Of a stretch of DNA of 64,000 bases, positions 25,875 through 38,939 are shown one piece after another. Every line of letters starts with the position of its first letter. Within the stretch, counting starts at the first letter, position 1. This stretch comes from Octopus vulgaris. Taxonomy: Eukaryota. The notes under the pieces are model-generated. The model was not told the origin of the DNA. It searched no databases and saw nothing but the letters and a program-made list of their open reading frames with translations. The stretch is from contig OX597815.1 in assembly GCA_951406725.2 (NCBI GenBank), positions 145,328,001 to 145,392,000 of the forward strand, given 5' to 3'. The position numbers and the translations under genes were made by a program.

Positions 25875-26074
25875 CCGTGCTTTTCAAACTTTTTGCTGGA
25901 GCGGAACCCCAAGGAAACATTCCACTGGCTCGAGGAACCCCTGTGCAATAATTTAATAGTCTTGTGCTCACATATCTGCACAGGAGAATTAAAAATTACT
26001 GCCGATTTTAGCAGTTTTGTAACTTCTTGCGGAATCCCTGGACTGTACTGGCGGAACCTAGTTGAAAACCCCTG
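25875..26074. mobile_element. hAT-like MITE
   Basis: Ends CCGTGCTTTTCAAAC and GTTGAAAACCCCTG; 8-bp TSD CAATAGAG/CCATAGAG (7 of 8 match). Confidence 0.65.
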
Positions 26075-26867
26075 CCATAGAGGAATATTAAACCAATGTC
26101 ATTACTAATCTTTTACCTTTTACCTGTTTCAGTTATTAGACTGCGGCCATGCTGGGGCTCTGCCTTAAAGAAATTTTTAGTCGAATGTATCAACCCCTGT
26201 ACTAAATTTTTAAAAGCCTGGTACGTATTCTATCGAACCCTTTTATCGAACCGCTAAGGTATGGGGACATAAACACACCAACACCAGTTGTCAAGTAGTA
26301 GGCACACACACACACATGATGGGCTTCTTTCAGTCTCCGTCCACCATATCAACACACAAGGGTTTGGTCGGCCTGAGGCTATAGTAGAAAGCACTCGCCC
26401 CAGGTGCTACACAGTGGGACTGAACTTGGAACCATGAAGTAGGAAACAAGCTTCTTACCATTCAGCTACGCCTTGAGAAGAACCTTATTTTATCGACACT
26501 GGAAGCATAAAAGATGAAAATTTTCTCAGCGTAATTTGAACCCAGAAACAGGACCTATGAAAGCGGGTTTAAGCCAGTACACCGTTTCGGATTTTGTGAC
26601 GATCTGCTGGGTTTCTACTGCCGCCTAAGAAGAAAAGAAAAGCAAAAAAGAAAAACAAAAACCTAATCTTTGAATCTTGAGAGCTATTCCATTCTACTAC
26701 CCTCTAGTCCTGGGTCTCGAATGGAGTTTTGTTCCGTCTTGCCAAATTTCTCTTGGTTTTTTTTTTAACGTAAACGGTATTAACAAAACACCGCTACTAT
26801 TTACCACGGTTATTGCCTCTGTGCTACCACTTCTAATTTCTCTAAAATTTAATTCAATTTAAAAATA

Positions 26868-27236
26868 CAGTAGAACCTCGCAGTACGTGTGCCCCATTGT
26901 ACGAATAATTTGCTGTACGAGCCGAGACTCGTGCGAATTTTTGTCTTGACGTATGAGCACACAAATCGTCCCTTCTTTAAGTAATTCAGTTAATAAAACC
27001 AGTTTACATATTTCTTTTGCATTATCTTTTTTTTACAATTGTCATTTTACCTGTAACTACACCTTTTCTGTTTTAAAACCCATAAAAAATTGTTTTTGAG
27101 TGGTTTTTGAAGGGCTGGAACAGATTAATTATATTTTAGTCAATTTCAATGAGGAAAATTGATTTGTAAAACGAGTAAATCGTAAGAAGAGCTCAGTCGT
27201 GGAACGAATTGAACTCGTACTGCCGACGTATCACTG
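26868..27236. mobile_element. Tigger/pogo-like MITE
   Basis: TA-CAGTAGAACCTCGCAGTACG ... CGTACTGCCGACGTATCACTG-TA. Confidence 0.7.
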
Positions 27237-27733
27237 TATATTAAATTAAAATCAATTTTCAAATTAATATTTTCACATGAATTAGAGGGGCGTGCTGGCA
27301 GAAACGTTCTGCGTTCAGATTCCGCCTAGGTCGACTTTGCCTTTCATCCTTTCGGGGTCGATTAAGAAATAGAAGAAAAAGAAGAAAAAGCCGTAGAAGT
27401 AGAAAAAGAAGAAGATAAAAAAGCGGAAGAAATAGATATAATCGACTTTATCCGTTTGTCTGTCCTTGTTTGTCCTCTCTGTGTTGAACCCGTTGTGGGT
27501 AGTAAAGAAATACGTATTTCGTCTGCCGTCACGATCTGAGTTCAGATTCCGCCTAGGTCGACTTTGCTTTTCATCCTTTCGGGGTCGATATAATCGACTT
27601 AATCCGTTTGTCTGTCCTTGTTTGTCCCCTCTGTGTGTAGCCTCTTGTAGGTAGTAAAGAAATAGGTATTTCAAGAAAAAAGAAGGCGCGAACTGGCAGA
27701 AACGTAAGTACGCCGGGCGAAATGCGTAGCCGT

Positions 27734-29728
27734 GCCATCCCAGGCAGAACCATTCAGGATACCCTCCATCTTATTCGCTATACCATAGAGAGGTTTGGTA
27801 ATAAATCTGGCAAAGGTGGGGCATTGGTGCATTTGGACCAGTCTAAAGCTTTTGATAGGGTTGACCATCGATACCTAGCGACTGTACTTGCGCGGTTTGG
27901 CCTGGGCCTTGGCTTCCTCAGGTGGTTTATCGCTTTGTACCACAACATTGACTCGATAGTTCGGGTGAACGGTTTCCTTTCGAAGCCGTTCTGCATCAGA
28001 CGCTCGGTTCGTCAAGGATGTCCGCTTTCACCACTTTTGTATGTGATGGCTCTCGAGCCATTACTGCAAAGGTTGAGTGGCATCCCGAGAGAACCAGGAC
28101 TAGAGGAGTTTGTTACGGCTTTCGCGGATGATATCACTATCAGTATAACCACAGTGGCACGCCTACGTAAAGTAGGTAAGACTATTGAGGCTTACGAGGA
28201 GGTAGCAGGAGCAAAGATTAACCGGGAAAAGTCGGTCGGCTTGCAGCTCGGCACCTGGGTTGGCAAGTCGATGCCTTCAGACAGTGTTGTTAGGCGCTGG
28301 ACGGAGGGACCGGTTAAGTTGCTGGGAGTCTGGTTTGGACCAGGCCTCCAGATAGAGAAGAACTGGACGGAGGTATTGAGCAGGGTGGCTGCAGTAGTCA
28401 AGACCTGGTCTTGGCGGTGGCTATCCCTGAAAGGGAGGGCGGAAGTGGCCAATGTGTTTATCGCATCGGTCATTACCTACCGCCTGACCGTCGTGCCCTG
28501 TCCGGATTCGTGGTTGATCAGGTTGGAGAGACAGCTCTTTCGCTTTTTGTGGAAGGGCAGGTCGCCACTTGTGAAACGCTCTGTCTGCTGTCAAAAGCCT
28601 TTAAATGGAGGTTTAGGGATGCCTTGGTTAATGATGCGCAGATATGCGTTGAGGTTGAGGCACCTCTGGATTCTCCTGGATAGTGAACGGGTGTGGTCTC
28701 CGCTGGCCAGACAAATGTTCCCTGAGTTCAAGAGTTTTTGCGAACAGGAAGCCTGGTGTTATCGTAGACCGAGGTCGAGTGAGTGGCATAAAGAGTGCCG
28801 TAAGGCCCTCTTGCTGTTCCGGCGCTCGGGCAACGCCAGCGGTAGGGGTTCCACACGGATTTTATATAGTGGGTTGGTAGAGTCTGAATGCGACGATGGC
28901 CTGGGGTCGACTCTAGGTCTCGGATTTATTCAACTGGACAGCTTGTTTCATCGTACATTCGGGTTGAGAACGTTGGACAACTTCCAAAAGTCCTTAACCT
29001 GGCAATGCTACAGAGGTGCCTTGCCCGTTTGGGATAAGCTCGCAAGACATGGTAAACGTCAGTCGCCGACCTGTCCAAGATGCGGGGGGGACAGGGAAAC
29101 CGTCCCTCACGCTATTGTTCAGTGTCCGGAGATAACTGAAATGTGGGCTTATGCTGAACATCTGTTGTCCGGCGAAGGAAGAGTACGGCTGTCGACTGAG
29201 TCAATTATAAAAATTGACCCACCGGGAGTTCTAACGAACGAAGGTAAGAATTGTTTTCTCACGGTTGTAGCAATAGCAAAAGAGGCTGTATGGAAGACTA
29301 GGATAAAAGGAATTAAGACAGGCAACTTTATCTCTGGTGACAATTTACGATCCTTTTTTTCTTTTCATTTGAAAAGGAAACTGTGGCTGGAGAAGAGGTG
29401 TCTGTCAGAGTGTACGTTCCAAAAGAGATGGAAGTATGTTGCACGAGTGTTGTGCATGCAAGGAACCGTGTGAATAGACGAGGGGGAAAAAAAAAAAAAA
29501 AAAAGGAAAAATAAAAAGGTATCAGCGGTAGATCGGGGCTTGTGGGATCGGAGCGTAACTTGATCATCGCTTCATTTGTATTGTTTTTGTACTGTGTATT
29601 CCATTCGATTTTTATGTATTGTATTTTATTTTTGATGTCACATTTATGTAAAATCATATCGATTCACTGATCCCATCAGTTGTACTGTCCATATCTATGT
29701 TTGGCCCCCGGTGGGCAATAAAGAAATT
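27734..29728 (+). mobile_element. 5'-truncated Tx1/L1-clade non-LTR retrotransposon (RT + CCHC zinc finger, open ORF to 29473, 3' UTR to ~29728)
   Basis: LDQSKAFDRVDH, SVRQGCPLSPLLY, AFADD, CPRC...HAIVQC; open for ~580 codons; 3' end GGGCAATAAAGAAATT. The ORF-track ATG at 27722 comes from the flanking SINE. Confidence 0.92.
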
Positions 29729-30409
29729 CGTATTTCGTCTGCCACTACGTTCTGAGTTCAAATTCCGCCGAGGTCGACTTTGCTTTTCATCCTTTCGGGG
29801 TCGATTAAATAAGTACCAGTTACGCACTGGGGTCGATATAATCGACTTTATCACGATCTGAGTTCAAATTCCGCCAAGGTCGACTTTGCCTATCATCCTT
29901 TCGGAGTCGATAAAATAAATACCAGCTGAGTTCCAGGGTCAATGTAATCCCTTTATCCTTCCCTCGAAATTGCTGGCTTCGGGCTAAAATTTGACACCTA
30001 TATTTTCTTATGGGTTTGTAAGAAGGCGCACGCATGGCTATGTAGTTTAGAAGCACGTTTGGCAACCAAATGGTTTCCTGTTCAGTCCTGTGCTACACCT
30101 TGGGCAAATGACTTCGATTGTAGCCCAAGGCCGACCAATACCTTGTGAGTGAATTTGGTCGATGGAAACTGTATGGAACCCTTTCAGTGTGTGTGTATGT
30201 GTATATATATATATATATATATGTCGTTTACTTGTTTCAGTCATAAGACTGCTACTATGCTGGGGCACCGCCTTGAAGAATATTTAGTAATGGTACTCGT
30301 TCTATCGGTATCCTTTACCGAACCGGTAGTTACGGGGACGTAAAAGCACCAGCATACGTTATCAAGCAGTCGTGGACATACACACACACTAATATATATA
30401 TATATATAC

Positions 30410-30640
30410 TACTCTGATCAATAAGTATCCGAACTGTCGGTATAGTAACGAAGCTAAAGCATGCAGAGTGAAACCGCCTGTGCATGCGTACTAAGTTTTA
30501 ACGTTCTAGCTCACTTCTGCAGTTTACAGCAGTACTCAGAAGGAAGGTGTGTAGCGTGTGATCGCCGCATTGACTTTGACAAAGTTGAGCGGAAAATTTG
30601 CATCAAATTATGCCAAAAGCTTAGCGATACCTGCTCAGAT
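30410..30640 (+). mobile_element. Mariner 5' fragment
   Basis: TIR-like TGATCAATAAGTATCCGAACT; KVERKICIKLCQKLSDT resembles a mariner transposase N-terminus. Confidence 0.55.
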
Positions 30641-31365
30641 ACACCCAAAACGAAGAACAAACATAAAAAACATACACAAAAAATCAATGCGAGGACGTGG
30701 TACATGTAAAGTATTAGCAGACGCTCAGGGAAGGAAATAAAGATGGCTTTACGTTTCGAGCAGAGGCTCTTTTTCGGAAACAGAGGAACATCCAATAGAA
30801 AAGGAAGACGGAGGGAAAAAATCGCCAACGATTCACATGTGGTTACAGAACAAATATTCGAATGCTTACATTCGAAATAAGATATTAGTATTATTGATAT
30901 CTGTGGTGAATATTTTTAATTGATAATATTAAGAACAGTAATATAGGTGGTTGCAGATTTAATAGCATTATATAGCGATAAAATTAAAAATTAGCACGAA
31001 GCATAAGGATGCGCCAGGCATCAACCTGTTTAGAAATAGGAGTTAAAGTTCCAATTCAACCGCCGAAAAGCACCAAAATAACAGAAAATAACAGTAAGCG
31101 AGGAAACGGATAAATAATTAAGAAATTAAAAAGCATATCATTAAAGATTATGCCATTCAGATGCTCATATACCATGGTTTTTTGTGCTGGCCAAATGGGC
31201 CTTGTGTGTGTGTGTGTGTGCGGGCTTCTTTCAGTTTCCGTCTACCAAATCAACTCGGCTCGAGGTTATAGTAGAAGACACTTGCCCAAGGTGCCACGCA
31301 ATGGGACTGAGCCCGGAACCATGTGGATAGGAAGCGAGCTTCTTACCACACAGCCACGCCTGCAA

Positions 31366-31420
<55 letters not shown>

Positions 31421-33849
31421 CACACACATACTGTATATGTGTGTACCTTTGTGCCTGTGTTTGTCTTCCGGCACCAATTGACAAACGGTATTGGTTTATT
31501 TATGTCCACGTAACTTAGATGTTCAGCAAAAAGTGATCGATAAACTAAGTACCTGGCGGCTTAGAAAATTAAGCATTGGGGTCGCAGTCCAGTGACTGAA
31601 ACAAGTAAAAGATATAAAGGCAAAATACTGGCAAAACCTCGGGATAAGGCAGGGCCGGAGGTTTTAGTTACTCACGCCCCCGCCACCCTCAAGATATGAT
31701 TAAGCTTCACTCTTCCTGCTCTCCTTGAAACATCGAGCAACAGTATGAGACGAATACTTATTTTCTCGACCAGTGTTTGATGAAGAGCAGAGTCAGCGCG
31801 TGTAGAGATTTGAATTATGTACGTAAAGGAACGTAGTTAAAGAGTTGCAAAAAACATTTTAATCCATCCGTCATCTCCACCACTACCACTACCACCACCA
31901 CCACCACCACCAAAACACCCACCACCATCATCACCACCGCCGGGACCACTGCCACCACCCACAACTACTACCGCCACCACCACCACCACCACCACCCACA
32001 ACTACTACTGCTACCACTACTACCACTGCCCACAACTACTACTACGACGACCACCATATATATATATATATATATATGCGGCAGTTTTCTTTGAGTTTCC
32101 GTCTATCAAATCCAGTCACAAGGCTTTTTAGTCAGCCCAAAGCTATCGTAGAACACACTTGCCCAATGTGTCACGCAGTGGGACTGAACTCAGAACCATG
32201 TGATCGGGAAGCTGGCTTCTTCCCTATTGGGAAGGTTTATTTTATTTGGGAACATGATTTCATCCTACATTCACAAATCGTTTTGAGCTGATATTATAAA
32301 CCAATAATTCATTAACATAAAAAGAAACTGAGTTGGAAAAAATGGTGGTGCGTCGAACAATGAGTCAACCCGTTGAGGACATGGCAATCGCTACACCTTC
32401 TGCAGGATGAAATGGTACCAGTTTATGTTGGTGCCACTTTTAGAGTCAGCAAGGACAATGCAATTGATTTAACATTGTAGGTGTAGGCGTGGCTGTGTGG
32501 TAAGAAGCTTGCTTCTCAACCACATGGTTTCGGGTTCAGTCCCACTGCGTGGAAACTTGGGCTAGTGTCATCTACTACAATAGCCTTGGCCGACCAAAGT
32601 CTTGTGTGCGGATTTGATAGACGGAAACTGCAAGAAGCCTGTCATATGTGTGTGTGTGTTTGTCCTACCCTACTACTACTGCCTGACAATCGGTGTTGGT
32701 GTATTTACGTCCCTGTAACATTAGTAGTTCGGCAATTTTGACCGATAGAATAAGTACCAGGCTTTAAAACACGTTCGACTAACCACTCAAGACTGCGCTC
32801 CAACATGGCTGCAATCAAATGACTGAGTTGTGTGATAAGAAGCTTGCTTCACAACCACATGGTTCCGGGTTCAGTCCCACTGCGTGGCACCTTAGGCAAG
32901 TGTCTTCTACTGTAGCTTTGGGTTGACCAAAACCTTGTGAGTAGATGTGGTAGACGGAAACTGAAAGAAGCTCGTCGTGTATTTATATATATATGTGTTT
33001 GTGTGTGTGTCTGTCTGTGGTTGTTGTCCCCCACCACCGAACTATCGCTTGACAACTGGTGTAGGTGTGTTTACGTCCCCGTAACTTAGCGGTTCGGCAA
33101 AAGAGACCAATAGAATAAGTACTACGCTTACAAAGAATAAGTCCTGGGGTTGACTTGTTCGACTAGGGGCAGTGTTCCAGCATGGCCGCAGTCAAATGAC
33201 TGAAACGAGGAAATGCTAAAAGATAAATGATTACAACTGGAATTTGAATATTTTTTATGCTTCATCTGTCGGGAACTACTTTACTATTGTTTGTGATTAA
33301 TGTAAGTTGTTTGTGTGTTTATATTTCAGCACTGTGCTGTCTTATAGCATTACTTCTATCATTACTCGTCTAATATTTATGGTAAATTCTGTAGAGTATA
33401 CTTGATCTTCACACCGTCTTGTCCACATTTGTGTTGTGTTGTGAAAGGCTGTGCTTTGTTGTAAGTACATTGTAATGCAGCGAGAGTGCAGTACTTGTAG
33501 GACCAATATTACAGTTGAAGTCGTGAAGTTTACAACTCACGTTTACAGTCGAATTTATATATTTATATATCATTGACAAGCCACAAGCATGTGAACCCAC
33601 TTGTTCATGAGTTTGTTGGTTATAGTGTTTTTGTGGTATATTATCAGTGTTAGCTTATGGTTTTGTGGGGGATTTTATAATGCGTTCATCTATTCTATAG
33701 CTAGAATGCATTCAATCCTATAAAATACACTTTGTATCTTAGGTTCTTTTTTCGATATGGCGGCTGAGGCATTTGTGTTTGTATTACACGATGGTTTTGT
33801 CTATTAATTAACTAAGTATCATTATTGATGTATATACAACACTGACAGG

Positions 33850-34120
33850 CAAGATTCTGCAATTTTCACCCATCTTTTCACGATCATATCCTGTGAGAGG
33901 TATCTCTTCTCCAGCCTGATCTTACTATCGGGATGGAAACTAAAAAAGTTAACCAACCCCTGACCGGAGACGAAAGTACCTGTCACTATCCCTCTTACTC
34001 GCGTCTTCCATATTGTTTCTTTCAATATAGCTACTACACAGAAAAAACAAGCCTTCCTTTCCCTGTTAAGATAAGGAGGCGGCACAATCTTGATAATAGA
34101 CTCAGCTGATAGGGAAACAA
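33850..34120 (-). mobile_element. Diverged Tx1-clade ORF2 C-terminal fragment
   Basis: LSAESIIKIVPP...VVAILKETIWKTR...FFSFH...LEKR aligns with the C-terminus of the 27734-29473 ORF. Confidence 0.8.
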
Positions 34121-35016
34121 ACTTCTTACCACACAATCATGCATGTATCATTCATGTAAATATGATTTATTTGTTATTTTATCTCTGAATGTTTAAACTA
34201 GAAACAGGGTCGTAGTATTACTAAGTGCATTTGTTTGTTTATTTTGTTTTGGTTATATTTTAGTGCAATGTTACATTCTAAGTCTTCTTTGAATTCCTCA
34301 GTATCTTCTGTTCTCCAATACGATATTGTGTAACGTCCAAAACCCACATACCTGATGTATGTCATTTGCTTATTGATACCATTTTGTTTTCTGTAGTAAA
34401 CACGTACAACATGGTATTCATGAGCTTTAAAGGAGAAGCCATGGCTACGCTGTCTTTCAATTTACATACATTGGTTACTGTGAAACAGTGCAACAGAACA
34501 TCAATAATTTCTTCAGTACATTAGCTGGTATCGAGAGTAGATTTATTTTGGGAGGTGTTTTATTGTATGCATAGATAGGTAGATAGGTAGGTAGATAGAT
34601 AGATAGGTAGGTAGATAGTAGATAGAGGTCGATAGATATCTAGACAGAAATATGGAAATATATGTGTATGTGTGAATATGCATATATGTATATATACACA
34701 CATGTATATATGCATGCGTGCTTCTGTTTTAAATATGATTTGTAGGCAGTCTGAATATAATCCTATGGAGCATGTTATGTATACCCTGATGGAGTACCAT
34801 ACAAGGTATACAAGTATTGTACTCAGGTTATAAGCTTTATCTTCTTGGAGAATTGTGGTGTAAAGACGAACTGGTTGATGTCTGGTGCAAGACGGAAAGA
34901 ATTTACTTACCAAAAGAAGCTAAAGCAGAACTGATTGGCTAGTTCAAATCGATTTTGATCCTGAAATTAGGCTGCAAGGTTTACATGGGTGTACTTGATA
35001 AGAGAACAGCTACATA

Positions 35017-38000
35017 CATCATCATCATCTAAGGTACGCTATCCATGTTGGCATCGGTTGGATGGTTTGACTAGAGCTGGCAAGCTGCACCAGACTCCAG
35101 TCTGATTTAGCATGGTTTATACGACCAGATGCCCTTTCTAACGCCAACCACTTTACAGAGTGTGCTGGGTGCTTTTATGTGGCACTGCAGGGCGCTCGTA
35201 CGTGGCACCGCACAGGCGCTTTTACATGACACCGCCACAATTGTTTGACACCATCAGCAGGATCGGTTTTAATACTTTTGCTGTGGGGTATGGGTCTTCT
35301 TGAGTACGGCCAAGTATCTTGGTCTTTTGTCATCTCGCCTGAAAGGGTCAGCTCCCAGAGGCTGCTCTTCAGTACTTCATCCCAAGTCTTCCTGGGTCTC
35401 CCACTTCCACGTGTTCTATCCCCTTTGAGAGATCAGCTGTTGGCATCTATCCGCATCACATGACCAAACCAGTACAGTCTTCTCTCTTGTACACAGCAAC
35501 CAATTCCTCTTATGCCTAACTTCACTCTCAGAACGCTGGCACTCTGTCAAGCATGTACACTTACATTACACATCCAGTGGAGCATACTAACTTCACTCCT
35601 TTCTAACCTCTGGATGTCCTCTGCATTCAGGCCCATTCTCACTACCATGTAGAATTGCAGTCCATATATATGCATCATACAATCTTTCATGGCCAACAGA
35701 GGTAACGGCTCTCTCCATCCTGTTCTTATTCTCGCTATCACACTCTACGTGCATATTTCCACTGTATTAATTTGCTTCTCTAAGTAGCGGAAAGTACCTA
35801 CAACTTCTAATGAGTCACCAGGGTATTTAAGAGAATCAACTTCCTGAGTCCCTAAAGTTTTTATACATCCAGTCCATCTTCCACATATGAAAACTATCTT
35901 CTCTGATAACCTTCCAATTAACCCACTGCATTTCTTGTGTGTCCACAGCTTGCACTGGGTACCCGTATGAAGTTCCTGCCTACCCCGTTCCTACAAATCA
36001 AACAGGGAGACCTACTCGACGGGGTTAGGATCCCATCAGTTTTCTTGCTTATTAGGACATTAGTCTCCGCTAAATTAACCTTAAGGCCCTTACATTCCAG
36101 GTTTTGCTTCTACCCCTGGAATTTTTCATCTAACTCTGATATGGAATTCGCTATGAGAGCCAGACCATCAGTATATAATTGTTCCCATAAGCTGCGTGTC
36201 TTGAATTCCTCCGTTATGGTCTGGAGGACAATGATAAAAAGGATGAACAGGACTAAGGACTGAGCCTTGATGAACCCCTACCTGTACACCAAATTCTTCG
36301 CTGTTCTCGTGGTTGACTCATCTTACTGACATCTTTGTACCTGGCCCCTGGCCTGTACTTTTCACCAGCCACTTGTCTATCCCTAGCCCCTTCAGAGCCC
36401 ACGATATCACACAGTGGGACATTCTATTGAAGGCTTTCTCTTCTAGATAAACGAATGCTATGTATAATGGTTTATTCTTAGCTAAGTACTTCTCTTGCAG
36501 TTGCCTGACTATAAAAATAGCGTCAGTATTGCTTCTTCCCTGGACAAAGCCAAACTGCATTTCATCTAGCGTAATTCTGCTCCTAATTAATTGGGCAATA
36601 ACTCTCTTCGTAAATTCCATCACCTGACCCAGGAATTTGATGCATCTATCTAACGCATCACTTACCCTTGTAGCAGCTAACAATTATGCTACTACGCCAG
36701 TCTCTGGGTAATACACCTAACTGTGCGGGTAATCAGTCAGTCGCCTATCTTACTGGATATTTTGAGCATTGCAGCTGTGATACCGGATGACCCAGCTTTC
36801 ATGTTTTTAATTGCCTTATCTACTATACTACTGTCCACTAGAATAGCTGATCCCTCTGATGGGCTCACATGAGAGAGACTCCCTTTATCCTATTCATTCT
36901 CTACATTCCACTGCCTCACATAGTAACTTTTCCACATCATTGAATGCAAGCATGCCATTATCCATCTGCATACAATTCTCTCCTACAATATTCTGATTCT
37001 CACTGACATACTACTGACACTTCAAGTCTCTGATCCTCATGCTGTAAGACTTTTGGTAAACCTCTCCTTTTTTTGCTTCTACCCTAGCAAGAGAGACCTG
37101 ACCTCTAGCCTCCCTTTTAACTTTCTGATAAGATTTTTGTCATCATCCCACTTTTTCCTCCTTCCTGGCCCTATCAACGTTACTGCTCCACCACCAAGTT
37201 ATCCTTGGTCTGTTGCTTACAGAAGACTGTCCCGTAGGAACCTCCAGTTGTCCTCTGTATCATATATATCTCCCTCCTCATCATAAGTCTCATTGAGGAT
37301 ATCTCTAAATTTCTGCCCATTTGAGCGATCCTTGGGCTCCATATTGACTTGTGTCTCAGCATCTTTCTGGCCCTATGCCTGAAATCACAAATCACTAGCT
37401 TATGTTGAGTTGTACATTCTTCGCCTGGGAAGAATTTTGCATTTATGAGCATATATTTATCCCTGTCTGCTAAGGATGTATTCAATCTGGCTAGTGTGTC
37501 CCCCAGATTGATAAGTGATCAGATGGTTGGCAGGTTTTCTGAAGTTGGTGTTGCAGACCAGTAAGCCATGAGCATAGCAAAACTCCAGTAGCTTTGTCCC
37601 CTCCTCATTTCTGGAGCCAAAGCCGTAGCTGCCATGTACATTCATTGGAATGTTGTCTAACATGTCCATTGAAGTCCCTGCTATGACGAGAATGTTGTTG
37701 TCAAGGTGATCCTCAGAAAAGATTCGTAGAAATGGTCCTTCTGAGCATCTGCAAATCTGGTGTGCAGAACATATGCAGAGATGTTAGTTATTCTAAGCTT
37801 AATAATCCTATCACATCTCTAACTACCTCAATGACTTTATCCATTTCACTGCTAGTAGAATACCTACACCACCTAGGCCTTCATTGTTGCCTTCCCAGAA
37901 AAATTTGTATCTATGCCCTTTGCCTGCAAGCAGACTAGCTGAGGCTGCCCTCCATCGTACCTCTTGGACACAGCACACATCTATGTCTCCAGTCAAACAT

Positions 38001-38050
38001 CTCAAGTGTCTCTCCAGACCTACCTTTCACAGTGCAAGCTCTGAGCTTGT
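35017..38050 (-). mobile_element. Near full-length decayed RTE-clade LINE (APE endonuclease + RT)
   Basis: DVCCVQEVRW, GVGILL, GFGSRNEEGTKLLEFC, NTNFRK..HLITYQSG, QFGFVQGRSNTDAIFIVRQLQEKY; 3' end (GAT)n; many stops and frameshifts. Confidence 0.85.
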
Positions 38051-38665
38051 AGAACTGGGAGGAAGGTGGGGGGAATGTTTTCAGCTCTTAGAAAGAAAAA
38101 GATATTTAGGGGTCATGGGTCTTTGTGTTTAAGATTTTCAAATGTCAGACCTCTTGGAGGCAATGACAAGTGACAGAGACCATTGGCAATATGCTGTACT
38201 TGAGAAAGCTTGTCAAGTGAAATCGTAGTCATGGCCATTGCCAGTGTCATGTAAATAGCACCCATGCTGGTGGCACATAAAAAGCACCCATTACATTTTT
38301 GCAGTGGTTGGCATTAGGAAGGGCATCCAACTTCAAAGTGACTGGAAGGGGGCTGGTTGCAATCCATTTAAACCATTTTCAACGATGACTCGCTGGGAGC
38401 AGCAGAGTCTACCGAGTGCTTTTGCTTTGTAGCACCAGCATCAGTGAGGTCACCGAGTAACTTGCAAGAATGAAGAGACTAAAGGAGGCTTCGTGAACGA
38501 GAAAAGAATAGGAGCGAAGATGTGGATTTAGGTGTAGGGGATGGATGACAGAGGGTGTGATCTTACAAGAGAAACAGATTTATAGCTGTAAGAAGATAAA
38601 TGTGACTGAAAATGAAAACAATAAGAAAATAGAACCTTGTATTGGTTTGGATAACAATTTCAGAT

Positions 38666-38671
38666 TTTATT
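38666..38671 (-). promoter_or_regulatory. Candidate RBM28 polyadenylation signal
   Basis: AATAAA on the minus strand about 180 nt after the stop codon. Confidence 0.3.
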
Positions 38672-38852
38672 TGAATCAGTAATATTTAATAAGACATCAT
38701 TTCAAATTTGAATTTGTTGGTGTTAAAAATGTTCTGTAGCTGAGTGAGGGAAAAATCTCCTTGACTATGATGAAGATGATAATGTGATTGAACCACACAG
38801 ACTCAATGGTTTATCACCATAAAAAGCACCAACAGTGCAATCAATACACAGC

Positions 38853-38939
38853 CTATGATGACGTACTTAACATCTTCTTTTTGTATTTTGCAACCATTGA
38901 ATCAAAGTTATCTGAAAATGCTTTTCTTTTTTGTGGTTT
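38853..38939 (-). CDS. RBM28: RBM28 (NOP4 ortholog) last coding exon
   Basis: tttttttcAG|KPQKRKAFSDNFDSMVAKYKKKMLSTSS*; phase 0. Confidence 0.8.
   Translation of the reverse strand, partial: KPQKRKAFSDNFDSMVAKYKKKMLSTSS

Noticed and set aside
27722-27733. ATG start of the 583-aa RT ORF
   Set aside because: These bases belong to the interrupted SINE head; the LINE is 5'-truncated and lacks its endonuclease
29487-29503. Poly(A) tail of the Tx1 element
   Set aside because: The interrupted SINE resumes only at 29729, so this A-run is internal to the 3' UTR
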